From: an uncultured Actinomycetes bacterium
Lineage (GTDB): Bacteria; Actinomycetota; UBA4738; HRBIN12
Direction: 5' to 3'
Length of the DNA: 64,000 nucleotides
Assembly (NCBI GenBank): GCA_963825635.1
Contig: CAWGTU010000004.1
Span: forward strand, 67,362-131,361
This document shows, in pieces, positions 42,687 through 52,035 of this stretch; the stretch's first letter is position 1; each line of letters begins with the position of its first letter. Made by a program: the position numbers and the translations under genes. Below the pieces are notes generated by a model that worked only from the letters and a program-made list of their open reading frames with translations, did not search any database and was not told the DNA's origin.

Positions 42687-45600
42687 TCAGGAGGTCATGG
42701 CGATGACCCTCGCGAGCAGGGTGTCCGTCTCCTCGAGCGCGGGGACCATCCCGCAGCGGTCGAAGATCCCTCGAGCCCGCTGCAGCGCCTCGGACGCTTC
42801 GCCAGGCCGGGAGAGCACGAGCAGGCAGCGGCCCCGGCCGAGCCGTGCGAACGCCTCCTCGATCACGACCCCGAACCCCTCCCAGCGCGCGGCCGCATCG
42901 GCGTAGGCCGAAGCCGCCGATCCGTGATCGCCGCGCGCCTCCGCCAGCGCCGCGCCCGCCGTGACGAGGGCGTGCTCGCCGTAGGGGCGCCGCGGCTGCA
43001 GGTGTCCGGCGATCCGCTCCGCGAGCTCGATCGCCCCGATCGCGAGCCCGGCGCGCACGACCCTCGGCAGGTCCGGGCCGAGCGCGTCCGCGTCACGGAG
43101 CCCGGGAGTGGTATCGATCGCGGTGAGCAGCTCCGCGGCTGCCTCGTACTGGCCCATCGCAGCGCGCACGGCGGCGCTGCACCCGAGGTTCGCGGCGATG
43201 AAGTCGGCGCGGCCGGTACGGGTGGCGGCCTCGACCTGCCAGTCGAGGTACTTCGCCGCCTCGAGGACAGAACCACGGAGCAGGAGCGCGCTCGCCCGAT
43301 TCGAACGAATCTCCATCAGGTCGAACTCGTCCGCCGCCCGCTCAGCGCGCTCTCCCAGCGTCGTCGCCGCCGCGAGCACCCCGTCCAGATCCCCGACGTC
43401 GAGCATCGCCGGGAGCGCGCTAGTCTGGATCGACAGCGCACCGTCCTGCAGCCCTCGCGCCTCGGCGAACCTGAGCCCCTCCCCGAAGACCTCGAGGGCC
43501 GCCGTCGGCCCCTCGAAGCTCCAGATCTCGACGCCGAGGTTGTTGTAGATCATCGATGTCGTCCGACCCTGGCCGGCCTGAGCTCCCAGCTCGATCGCTT
43601 CGCGGAAGTCCGCTAGGCCCCCGGCGTCGCCCTTCACGCATCGAGCGCCCGCCCGGTAGGCGAGGGCCCGAGCGGGGATCGGAAGGCCGGCCTCGGCGGC
43701 GAGCGTGATCGCCCGCTCTGCGAGCGCGATCGCCTCGTCCGGCTGACCGGTGCTGAGCAGATCGAACGCCACGGTCGCGAGCGCGTCCAGGAGCTCCGGG
43801 CTCGTGGGGAGGGACTCGAGCCACGAGAGCAGCTCGCGCCGGAGCTCGGACACGCCCTCGATGTTCAGGCGCTGGAGCACGGCCGAACGCGTGTTCTGCG
43901 CGCGGGCAGCGGCGAGCGTATCCCCGCGCGCAAGGAACATCTCGATCGCGCCCTCGAGCGCCTCGTTGGCATCGACGTACCGCGCGGCGTGGAACGCGGC
44001 CTCGCCGAACCGGGCCAGCGCGGCCGGGCGTTCCTCGTCTTCGTCCGGAAGGAGCGCCAGCGCTCGCTCGAACGCCTCCAAGGCCGCCGCGGTGTCCAGA
44101 TCCAGCGCTCGCTCGCCGGAGAGCGTGAGGAACCGGAACGCCGGTCCGCGGAGCTCGGTCGCCTGATCGTCCCGCCCGGCCGCGGTCACGAGCTCGAGCG
44201 CGGACGTGTAATGATGGGCGAGCACATCCGCGAGGTCCTCCAGGCGGTCCGGCGTCTTCGACTCGATCCACGCCGCCGCCGCCACGTGCCGGGCGGCCCT
44301 CGAGGCTCGGGGGATCTGCGCGTACGCGACGTCGCGCGCGAGCACGTGCCAGAACGCGTACTCGGTCTCACCTTCCATCGACGAGCGTCGGGACGGGCGG
44401 ACGAGTTCCTTGCGCGTCAGTTCGCGCATCACTTCGATGACTTCGGCTTCGGGCAGATCCCCCATCTGCGCCACCGCGCCGACCCAGAAGACCTTGCCGA
44501 CGACCGCCGCGTCGGCGACCATCTCCTTGCGCTCGCGGGGCAACGTATCCAGCCGGGCGGCGATCAACGCCTGCACCGATCCTGGGAGCGGGATCTCGGT
44601 GCCTCCCTCGAGCTCCCAGCTGGAGCCTTTGCGAACGAGGAGCTCTCGATCCTTGAGCAGCCGAACGTACTCCTCCGCGTACAGCGGATTGCCACCCGAC
44701 CGTTCCAGGATCGGGGTCTGTAGCTCCACCGGAATGACCGAGGTCTCGAGCAGAGCGGCGACCAGGCGGGTGGTCTCGTTCGCCGACAGCGGGTCGAGGT
44801 TGATCCGGTTCGCGTTGGGGAGGCCGGCGGCGAACTCCGGATGGCGCTCGAACAGCTCGGGCCGCGCGGTGCCGACGATCATGAGCGGAACCCCGTCGGC
44901 TCGATCGGCCAGATGCTCCACGAAGGCCAGCATCGCGGCATCGGCCCAATGCAGGTCCTCGAACACGACGATCGTCGGCGAGCGCTCCGCGACGTGCTCG
45001 AGGAACCTGCGCCACGCCGTGAAGAGCTCCTCGCGCTCGGCCGAGGACGACGCCTCGATCCCGAGCAGCGGATGGAGGCGTTGACGGAACCAATCCCGTT
45101 CGGGGCCTTCGGGCAGGACGATCTGCAGCTTGGTGTCGGCGGTCTCAGGATCGTCTGACTCCAGGATCCCGGCATGCGCCTTGAGGACCTCGCCCAGAGC
45201 CCAGAACGTGATGCCTTCACCGTACGGGAGGCAGCGACCCTGGCGCCACGCGATCAGGTCGGGTTTGGCATCGATGTACGCGCCCAACTCCGCGACGATC
45301 CTGGACTTGCCGAGCCCAGGCTCACCCACGACGGTCACGAGCTGAGGGGAGTTCGCGGCCACGGCCTTCTCGAAGATCCCTTCGAGAAGCGCAAGATCGA
45401 TCTCTCGACCCACGAACGGCGTGTCGTGGGAGCGGGTGATGTCGGTTCCGAGCCGGGCGAGCGGGCTCTTCGCCCAGAACACCCGGACGACAGCGGACTT
45501 CCCCTTGAGCTCAGCCGGCTCGAGCTCTTCGTAGTCGAAGACGCTCTCGGTCGCCTCATAGGTCCCGAGCCCGACCGCCACGCCCATCTCCGGGGCGACC

Positions 45601-46106
45601 GATTGGATCCGAGAGGCGGTGTTGATCGCGTCTCCGGCCAGCACCCGTTCGCCCGAGCCAGGGCTGGCGCCCAGGCGCACGAGGGTCTCCCCCGTGTTGA
45701 TCCCTACGCGGAGCCGGAGGGCGGCGCCACCGACCGCCTCGAGATCGTTGGCGTCCTCGGCGATCCTGAGCCCGGAGCGCACCGCTCGCTCAGGATCGTC
45801 CTCGTGCGCCGCGGGAACCCCGAAGATCCCGACCACCGCGTCCCCGATGAACTTTTCCACCACGCCGCCATGTCGCTCGATATGCCCTTTGGCCATCGCG
45901 GCGTAGGCCGAGAGCATCCGATCGACGTCTTCGGGATCCGCCGCCTCGGAGGCGCCGGTGAAGCCGACGAGATCGCAGAACAGCGCGGTGACGACCTTGC
46001 GTTCCTCGGCCGCGCCAGGACCCGGTCCCTGGAGCGGCGCACCGCACTCGCCGCAGAACTTCTGACCCGTGACGTTATCCGAGCCGCAGGAGGGGCAGGT
46101 CGTCAT
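42687..46106 (-). CDS. Zn-ribbon / class III adenylate-guanylate cyclase / P-loop (AAA_16, STAND-like) / TPR multidomain protein
   Basis: 1139 aa. CPSCG..CGECG. Cyclase motifs FCDLVGFT, KFIGDAVVG and AGDAINTASR. Walker A GEPGLGKS. Walker B VVFEDLHWAD. A long Ala/Leu-rich helical repeat C-terminus with no LuxR HTH. Confidence 0.85.
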   Translation of the reverse strand: MTTCPSCGSDNVTGQKFCGECGAPLQGPGPGAAEERKVVTALFCDLVGFTGASEAADPEDVDRMLSAYAAMAKGHIERHGGVVEKFIGDAVVGIFGVPAAHEDDPERAVRSGLRIAEDANDLEAVGGAALRLRVGINTGETLVRLGASPGSGERVLAGDAINTASRIQSVAPEMGVAVGLGTYEATESVFDYEELEPAELKGKSAVVRVFWAKSPLARLGTDITRSHDTPFVGREIDLALLEGIFEKAVAANSPQLVTVVGEPGLGKSRIVAELGAYIDAKPDLIAWRQGRCLPYGEGITFWALGEVLKAHAGILESDDPETADTKLQIVLPEGPERDWFRQRLHPLLGIEASSSAEREELFTAWRRFLEHVAERSPTIVVFEDLHWADAAMLAFVEHLADRADGVPLMIVGTARPELFERHPEFAAGLPNANRINLDPLSANETTRLVAALLETSVIPVELQTPILERSGGNPLYAEEYVRLLKDRELLVRKGSSWELEGGTEIPLPGSVQALIAARLDTLPRERKEMVADAAVVGKVFWVGAVAQMGDLPEAEVIEVMRELTRKELVRPSRRSSMEGETEYAFWHVLARDVAYAQIPRASRAARHVAAAAWIESKTPDRLEDLADVLAHHYTSALELVTAAGRDDQATELRGPAFRFLTLSGERALDLDTAAALEAFERALALLPDEDEERPAALARFGEAAFHAARYVDANEALEGAIEMFLARGDTLAAARAQNTRSAVLQRLNIEGVSELRRELLSWLESLPTSPELLDALATVAFDLLSTGQPDEAIALAERAITLAAEAGLPIPARALAYRAGARCVKGDAGGLADFREAIELGAQAGQGRTTSMIYNNLGVEIWSFEGPTAALEVFGEGLRFAEARGLQDGALSIQTSALPAMLDVGDLDGVLAAATTLGERAERAADEFDLMEIRSNRASALLLRGSVLEAAKYLDWQVEAATRTGRADFIAANLGCSAAVRAAMGQYEAAAELLTAIDTTPGLRDADALGPDLPRVVRAGLAIGAIELAERIAGHLQPRRPYGEHALVTAGAALAEARGDHGSAASAYADAAARWEGFGVVIEEAFARLGRGRCLLVLSRPGEASEALQRARGIFDRCGMVPALEETDTLLARVIAMTS

Positions 46107-46314
46107 CGGCCGAGCCTAGTACGCAGGCCCAGCCCCGACCCCGACGACGCTCGCTTCGGAGCATGCTCAGCTCCGGATCCCATCGATGGCACCCGGCATT
46201 CGAGCCTGCTCCCAGGATCCTCGGGGTGCCGCGAGGCTCCGGGGGGAAATGGTCACCACTGACTCGCAGAACGGCTCGCTCGCGGCCCCGATCGGGATGC
46301 TTCTGGTCCTCTAC

Positions 46315-46347
46315 CTCCAGACCACCGCCCTCTCCAGACCACCGCCC
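46315..46347 (+). repeat. Tandem 16-nt direct repeat CTCCAGACCACCGCCC x2
   Basis: Read directly within the ~400-nt non-coding stretch between the cyclase gene and tRNA-Ser(GCU). Confidence 0.6.
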
Positions 46348-46513
46348 CTACCGGAGCGCAGCCCTGACCGGGAGCATCGCGGAGGAAGAAGTGCCCCTCG
46401 AGGACCTCGCGTCGGCGGCCGACGTCTCGACGCCCAGCCCGGCCGAAGGGGCCCACGAGAAGGACCGCGGCCGGGGTGGGATCGGCAGGGAAGCCTTGAT
46501 GTCGTCCTACCAG

Positions 46514-46602
46514 CGGAGACGCAGGGATTCGAACCCTGGACGGAACTTTCACCCCGTAACCGCTTAGCAGGCGGCTCCTTTCGGCCACTCAGGCACGTCT
46601 CC
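46514..46602 (-). tRNA. tRNA-Ser (anticodon GCU)
   Basis: Hand-folded. Acceptor GGAGACG/CGTCTCC. Anticodon arm GCCGC-CTGCTAA-GCGGT. Long variable arm. T arm CAGGG-TTCGAAT-CCCTG. Confidence 0.9.
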
Positions 46603-46653
46603 GCCGTCGATTCTACCGGCGCGTTCGTGCCCCCCGCCGATAGGCTGCGCGAC

Positions 46654-47841
46654 ATGCCCGACGTGGTCATCGTGGGAGGCGGCGTGATCGGCGCCGCGTG
46701 CGCGTACGAGCTCACCTCCCGTGGCGCATCCGTGACCCTGCTGGAACGCGATCACCTCGCGGCGCACGCGTCGGGCCGCAACCAAGGGCTGTGGGTCCTG
46801 CCCGAGGACGATGTGAACGTGCCGATGGCCCGGGCGAGCCTCGAGACGTACCGGGGTGTGGCTGCCCAGGCGCCGATCGACGTGCAGCTCGACGACGAGC
46901 CGGTGGGCACGGTGCTCGTCGCGATGAACGCCCGCGACGTTCGCGCGGCCCACGAGGCCGTCACCCGCGCCGAACGCCACGGCTTCGTCGTCGACGACAT
47001 CTCGTCCCCGGGCGACATCCGCGAGCACGAGCCCGGAGTGACCCGCAACGTGGCCGGCGCGTGGCTCGTGCACGTCGGGCACCGGCTCGATCCCGGCGCC
47101 CTCACGGTGGCCCTCGCGCGCTCGGCCGCCGACCGAGGTGCCGAGATCCGTCATCACCTGCACGCTCGAGGACTCGCTGTCCGCGACGAGACCGTCATCG
47201 GGGTGGTCACGGACGACGGCGTGGTCGAGGCCGACACGACGATCGTGGCCGCCGGACCATGGAGCTCCCCGCTCCTCGAGCAGGTGGGCGTGCATCTTCC
47301 GATCGTGGGAGCGCGTGGATGGCTCGTGCGCGTGGCGCCTCGCCGGCCTCACCTGCTGACGCATCTCGTCGAGGCTGCAGGGCCGCACGCGGCCCTGCAC
47401 GACGACGGCCTTCCTCTCTGGCCGACGGCCGCCGACGTCGTCTCCGAGGGGGAACCCCGGAGTGAGATCGGGGCCCTGCTGCATCCCCACCGGGACGGCC
47501 GCACGATCGTGATCGGGTCGACCCGGCAGATCTGGCTGACCCCCGAGCCTCCGGAGGAGCGGATCGTCGCCCGGGTGCTCGAGGCCGCGATCGAGCTCGT
47601 GCCCGAGGTCGCCGAGGCGCGCGTGCGGTCTTCGTGGTGGGGGCTCAGGCCGCTGACGCCCGACGAGCGGCCGCTCGTGGGCTCGGTCCGAGAGGGGCTG
47701 CACGTCGCGACGGGCCACGGTTCCGAAGGCGTGATCCTCGGCGCCGGCACCGCGCAGCTCGTCGCCGCACAGCTCGCCGGCGAACCGCCACCCTTCGACG
47801 CCGCGCCGTACGACCCGCTGCGGTTCCAGGAGGAACGGTGA
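46654..47841 (+). CDS. FAD-dependent oxidoreductase (DAO family, glycine/D-amino-acid oxidase-like)
   Basis: MPDVVIVGGGVIGAACAYEL is the dinucleotide-binding motif. ATG at 46654 within ORF 46186..47841. TAGGCT lies 7 nt upstream. Confidence 0.85.
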   Translation: MPDVVIVGGGVIGAACAYELTSRGASVTLLERDHLAAHASGRNQGLWVLPEDDVNVPMARASLETYRGVAAQAPIDVQLDDEPVGTVLVAMNARDVRAAHEAVTRAERHGFVVDDISSPGDIREHEPGVTRNVAGAWLVHVGHRLDPGALTVALARSAADRGAEIRHHLHARGLAVRDETVIGVVTDDGVVEADTTIVAAGPWSSPLLEQVGVHLPIVGARGWLVRVAPRRPHLLTHLVEAAGPHAALHDDGLPLWPTAADVVSEGEPRSEIGALLHPHRDGRTIVIGSTRQIWLTPEPPEERIVARVLEAAIELVPEVAEARVRSSWWGLRPLTPDERPLVGSVREGLHVATGHGSEGVILGAGTAQLVAAQLAGEPPPFDAAPYDPLRFQEER

Positions 47842-47851
47842 GCGTCGCGGT

Positions 47852-48940
47852 TCAGTGGGCGAGGCGGCCGGCGCGATCGAGCGCCTCGAGCACGCGGTCG
47901 ACGGGCATGGCGAAGTACGTGTGACCGTGGCGCCCGACCGAGTCCTCGGCCGCGACCAGCGCGTTCACGGCCGCTTCCTCCGTTGCCTCCACCGTGGCAC
48001 GGAACAGCGCTGAGAGCGCGTACGTGTGCCGGACCGGCCCATCGACCACGGCGCGCACATCGCGCATCGCCTCGCTCGCATCGAGGCGGTTCGCCGTGGA
48101 GAAGGCCATCATCTGCTCGCCGCTACCGTTCGAGGCGTGTGAGCCGGTCGCGGCGAGCCCGAGGCCGGCCCGGCGGGCGACACGGGTGAGTTGGTGCGGC
48201 AGCAGGGGTGCATCGGTGCCGACCACGACCACGCACGATCCTTCGTGGTGCTCGCGCGGCATCAGGTCGGTCAGTTCCCGTCCGACCGGCACACCGTCGA
48301 TCCGCAGATGCTCGCGACTGCCGTAGTTCGTGAGCACGAGGGCCCCGACCGTGAACCCTCCCTCGTCGATGTCGAGCAGACGCGACGCCGTGCCGATGCC
48401 CCCCTTGAAGTCGAAGCACTGCATGCCGGTGCCTGCGCCGACGTTGCCCTCCTCGACGGGGCCGACGGCCGCCGCGTCGAGGGCGGCCGCGACGTCGTCG
48501 TCGACCAACGGGAACGAGAGCACGTCGGAGAGCCAGGAGTCGTCGCACTCGGAGACCACGGGCATGACCTCCTCGGCACCGATCGGGTCGCGACCGGCGA
48601 TCCAGCGGACCGTCGCGTCGTACGCCTTCCCGATCTGCAGCGACGAGGTCAGCACGATCGGGCTCATCAGCACGCCCCACTCCCGCAACTGGTTCACGCC
48701 GATCAACTCGCCGTACCCGTTGAGGATGTCCACCCCCGCGTAGACCCACTCGCGCCACGGGTATCCCTCGTGAGGGAACAACGCCGTCACCCCCGTGCGG
48801 ACCGCATGGGGATCGCCGCCGGCACCCCGCACCACCGTGCGATGGCCGACGCGCACACCCGACACGTCGGTGATCGCGTTGAGCGGCCCGGGTGTACCGC
48901 TGCCGATCGAGATACCGAGGTCCCGTGCACGGGGCGTCAT
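47852..48940 (-). CDS. P1/S58 family peptidase (DmpA-type aminopeptidase)
   Basis: ITDVSGVRVGH...GVTAL...GAGTGM...GGIGTAS...VVVGTDAPL are DmpA/Ntn-type motifs. Start taken at MTPRARDLG; an alternative ATG is at 48952. Confidence 0.8.
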   Translation of the reverse strand: MTPRARDLGISIGSGTPGPLNAITDVSGVRVGHRTVVRGAGGDPHAVRTGVTALFPHEGYPWREWVYAGVDILNGYGELIGVNQLREWGVLMSPIVLTSSLQIGKAYDATVRWIAGRDPIGAEEVMPVVSECDDSWLSDVLSFPLVDDDVAAALDAAAVGPVEEGNVGAGTGMQCFDFKGGIGTASRLLDIDEGGFTVGALVLTNYGSREHLRIDGVPVGRELTDLMPREHHEGSCVVVVGTDAPLLPHQLTRVARRAGLGLAATGSHASNGSGEQMMAFSTANRLDASEAMRDVRAVVDGPVRHTYALSALFRATVEATEEAAVNALVAAEDSVGRHGHTYFAMPVDRVLEALDRAGRLAH

Positions 48941-49033
48941 CGTGGGCCGCATCCTACCGGCGCTCCACCCCTGACCGTCCGGAGGGGGAGACACGCCGCG
49001 AGCTGCGGCGATACGATTCCTGGCCTACCTGCC

Positions 49034-50311
49034 ATGGCCATCCTCACCCTCGGGGTCTCCTTCCGTCGCGCGCCGATCGAGCTGCTGGAGCGGCTCGCGT
49101 TCACCGACGACGATCTCGCGAAGGCGTACCGCGTCGCCACCGATCTCGAGGGCGTCGACGGCGCGGTGATCCTGTCGACCTGCAACCGGGTCGAGGTCTA
49201 CGGTGAGGTCACCAGCTACCACGCCGGGTTCATGGCCTTGAAGCGCCTGCTCACGGAGGTGCGGGGCGTCGCCGCCGAGGAGCTCGCCGACCCGATGTAC
49301 GCGCAGTGGGAGCGAGACGCAGCCGACCATCTCTTCGCCGTCGCGAGCGGGCTCGACTCGATGGTCCTGGGAGAGACGCAGATCTACGCACAGGTGCGCG
49401 AGGCGCTGCGACGGGCCGAGGGCGAGGGCGCAGCCGCCCCGCCGCTGACAGGGCTCTTCCACTCGGCGGCACGCGCCGGGCGCCGGGTGCGCCAGGAGAC
49501 GTCGCTCGGCGCGGCACCCGATGCGTTCGTGGCACTCGGCGCCGACCTCGCCGAGGACGCGGCGGGCGGGTTGCGCGGGCGCGATGTGGTCGTCGTCGGA
49601 GCGGGCACGATGGCCGCCCTGGCCGTGAAGCACCTGCGCCAGCGCGGCGTGGGGCCGGTGCGCATCCTGAACCGTTCCCTCGAGCACGCGAGGGCGCTGG
49701 CCGACCGGACGAACGCCGAGCACGGCGACCTCGACGTGCTCCCCGACGCGATGCGGCACGCCGACCTCGTCGTGAGCGCCACCGGCGCCGCGGGCACGGT
49801 GATCCGACGCTCGGTCGTCGCCGACGCGATAGCGGACCGTGGTGGTCGGCCCCTCGTGCTGCTCGACCTCGCGGTGCCTCGCGACGTGGAACCCGAGACC
49901 GCCTATGTCGAGGGAACCCGCGTGATCGACATCATCTCGCTGCGCGAGCGCCTCGCCGAACACGACGCCGAGACGGCCGGCGACATCGAGCGAGCGCACG
50001 GCATCGTGGCCGACGAGGTGCGCCGCTACGTGGTGCGTCGGCGGGGCGACGAGCTCGCACCCCTCATCCGCGCGATGCGCCGGCGGGGCGAGGACGTCGT
50101 CCGAGGCGAGATGGATCGGTTCGGGGCGAGGCTCGCCGAGCTCACACCCGACGAGCGTGAGGCCGTCGAGGCGCTCGCACGCGGCATCGCCGCCAAGCTG
50201 CTGCACGACCCGATCGTCGCCCTGAAGGAGCGATCCGAGCCGGGCACCGACGGGATCCACGCCCGGGTGCTCGCCGAGCTCCTGGGCGTCGACCCCGACA
50301 CCACCTCGTGA
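49034..50311 (+). CDS. hemA: Glutamyl-tRNA reductase
   Basis: MAILTLGVSFRRAPIELLE...ILSTCNRVEVYG...GLDSMVLGETQI. ATG at 49034 within ORF 48191..50311. Confidence 0.95.
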   Translation: MAILTLGVSFRRAPIELLERLAFTDDDLAKAYRVATDLEGVDGAVILSTCNRVEVYGEVTSYHAGFMALKRLLTEVRGVAAEELADPMYAQWERDAADHLFAVASGLDSMVLGETQIYAQVREALRRAEGEGAAAPPLTGLFHSAARAGRRVRQETSLGAAPDAFVALGADLAEDAAGGLRGRDVVVVGAGTMAALAVKHLRQRGVGPVRILNRSLEHARALADRTNAEHGDLDVLPDAMRHADLVVSATGAAGTVIRRSVVADAIADRGGRPLVLLDLAVPRDVEPETAYVEGTRVIDIISLRERLAEHDAETAGDIERAHGIVADEVRRYVVRRRGDELAPLIRAMRRRGEDVVRGEMDRFGARLAELTPDEREAVEALARGIAAKLLHDPIVALKERSEPGTDGIHARVLAELLGVDPDTTS

Positions 50312-51210
50312 GCCTCCTGCGCATCGGCACCCGTCGCTCGCCGCTTGCGCTCGCGCAGGCGGAGGAGATCAGGGTCCGGCTCGAGGCGACCGGGGTGATC
50401 GCCGACATCGTGCCGATGAGCACCTCCGGCGACGAGGGCGCCCGGGCCGACTCGTCGCCGCAGGGCCTCAAGGGACTCTGGATCGACACGATCCTCGATG
50501 CCCTGGAGTCGGGCGAGATCGACCTGGCCGTGCACTCGGCGAAGGACCTGCCGGCCGAGGAGGACGAGGGCTTCACGATCGCGGCCGTACCCGAGCGCGA
50601 GGACCCGTCCGACGTGTTGATCTGCAAGGAACCGGGCGAGCTCCGGGGAGGGGCCCTGATCGGCACGTCGAGCGTGCGTCGACGTGCCCAGCTCCTGGCC
50701 GCTTTCCCGGGGCTCGAGGTCGTCGACCTCCGCGGCAACGTCGAGACGCGGCTGCGCAAGCTCGAGGAGGGCGAGGTCGACGCCGCGGTACTGGCGGCAG
50801 CCGGACTCTCGCGGCTGGGGCTCGCCCCCGAGCATGCTCGCGCGTTGCCGCTGGCGATGATGGTGCCCGCGCCGGGACAGGGCTGCCTCGCCGTCCAGGC
50901 ACGGGACGACGACGACGACACGATCGCCGCGGTGGCGCCGATCGACCACGCCGCGAGCCATCGGGCGCTCGACGCCGAGCGATCGCTGATGTGGCGCCTC
51001 GGGGGCGGCTGCGCGTTGCCGCTCGGGGCCCACGCGACCGTGGGCATGAAAGCGGTCTCGCTGACGGCTGTGATAGCGACGGCCGATGGCACCACCGTGC
51101 TCCGCGTCGAGACCGAGGGTGCGACACCCGAGGACGCCGCGGCCGACGCGGCGAAGGACCTGATCGCGCAGGGGGCCGAGCGTATCCTCGCCGAGGTCGA
51201 GACCGGGTGA
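50308..51210 (+). CDS. hemC: Hydroxymethylbilane synthase (porphobilinogen deaminase)
   Basis: LRIGTRRSPLALAQ...AVHSAKDLP...RGNVETRLRKL...GGCALPLGA. The start overlaps the hemA stop. Confidence 0.95.
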   Translation: MSLLRIGTRRSPLALAQAEEIRVRLEATGVIADIVPMSTSGDEGARADSSPQGLKGLWIDTILDALESGEIDLAVHSAKDLPAEEDEGFTIAAVPEREDPSDVLICKEPGELRGGALIGTSSVRRRAQLLAAFPGLEVVDLRGNVETRLRKLEEGEVDAAVLAAAGLSRLGLAPEHARALPLAMMVPAPGQGCLAVQARDDDDDTIAAVAPIDHAASHRALDAERSLMWRLGGGCALPLGAHATVGMKAVSLTAVIATADGTTVLRVETEGATPEDAAADAAKDLIAQGAERILAEVETG

Positions 51211-51992
51211 CGGGATCGGGAGCCGGGCCGGGCGGCGACACACCGCCTCGCCTACTCGCGGGACGCACGGTGATCGTCACGAGGCCAGCCGACCAGTCGG
51301 CCGCGCTCGTCACCCTCCTGCGGCGACTGGGTGCTCGCGCGATCGTGGCGCCGGCGATCGAGATCGTCCCGGCGCGGTCGGCGGCCCTGACCAGGGCGCT
51401 GCACGAGCTCGAACGTGGAGACTTCGCGTGGCTCGCCCTGACCAGCCGCGCCACCGTCGACATGCTGGCCTCGAGGTTGCCGGGGCCTCGCGCGCTCGGG
51501 GCCACCGAGGTAGCGGCGATCGGCGACGGCACGGCGGCGGCGTTCCGGCGATGGGCCCGACGCGACCCCGACCTGGTGCCGGCGACGTTCACCACGAACG
51601 GGCTCGCGCGGGCGTTCCCGCGCGGCGACGGCCGGGTGCTCTGCGCCCGGGCCGACATCGCGCCACCCGGCCTCGAGGACGCCCTCGCCGCGAAGGGGTG
51701 GACCCCCACCCGTGTCGACGCGTACCGCACCCGCTTCCCTCGTTCGCTGCCCGAGGACGCTCGTGACGCGCTGCGTCGCGGCGAGGTCGACGCGGTGACG
51801 TTCACGAGCGCCTCGACCGTGCGGGGGTTCGTCGGCGCGCTCGGGGTGGTCACGGGCAGCCCGAAGGTCGTGTGCATCGGTCCGGTCACCGCGAGGGAGG
51901 CGCGCGCCCACGGTCTCGTCGTGCACGCGGTCGCGAGGCCTCACACGATGGAAGGCGTGGCCGCGGCGGTCGTGCGGACGCTCGTCCGATGA
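51207..51992 (+). CDS. hemD: Uroporphyrinogen-III synthase
   Basis: GTG at 51207 overlaps the hemC stop (GTGA). Contains GRTVIVTRPADQ...WLALTSRATV...VTFTSASTVRGF. Stand-alone, not fused to a methyltransferase. Confidence 0.8.
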   Translation: MTGSGAGPGGDTPPRLLAGRTVIVTRPADQSAALVTLLRRLGARAIVAPAIEIVPARSAALTRALHELERGDFAWLALTSRATVDMLASRLPGPRALGATEVAAIGDGTAAAFRRWARRDPDLVPATFTTNGLARAFPRGDGRVLCARADIAPPGLEDALAAKGWTPTRVDAYRTRFPRSLPEDARDALRRGEVDAVTFTSASTVRGFVGALGVVTGSPKVVCIGPVTAREARAHGLVVHAVARPHTMEGVAAAVVRTLVR

Positions 51993-52035
51993 TCCGCGGT
52001 GGCGCGGGCGAGCGCGGCGCCGGTACCCTGGCGCC

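Larger units (their letters stand above)
42051..46513. mobile_element. Possible relic of an integrative element bounded by tRNA-Ser(GCU) and its partial direct copy
   Basis: Direct repeats of tRNA 3' sequence at both ends. Contains repeat clusters, a broken pfkB gene and one giant signalling gene. No integrase or excisionase is present. Confidence 0.3.

Noticed and set aside
46315-46347. A CRISPR-like or minisatellite array
   Set aside because: There are only two adjacent 16-nt copies, with no spacers and no cas genes. No other array-like periodicity was seen anywhere in the window.
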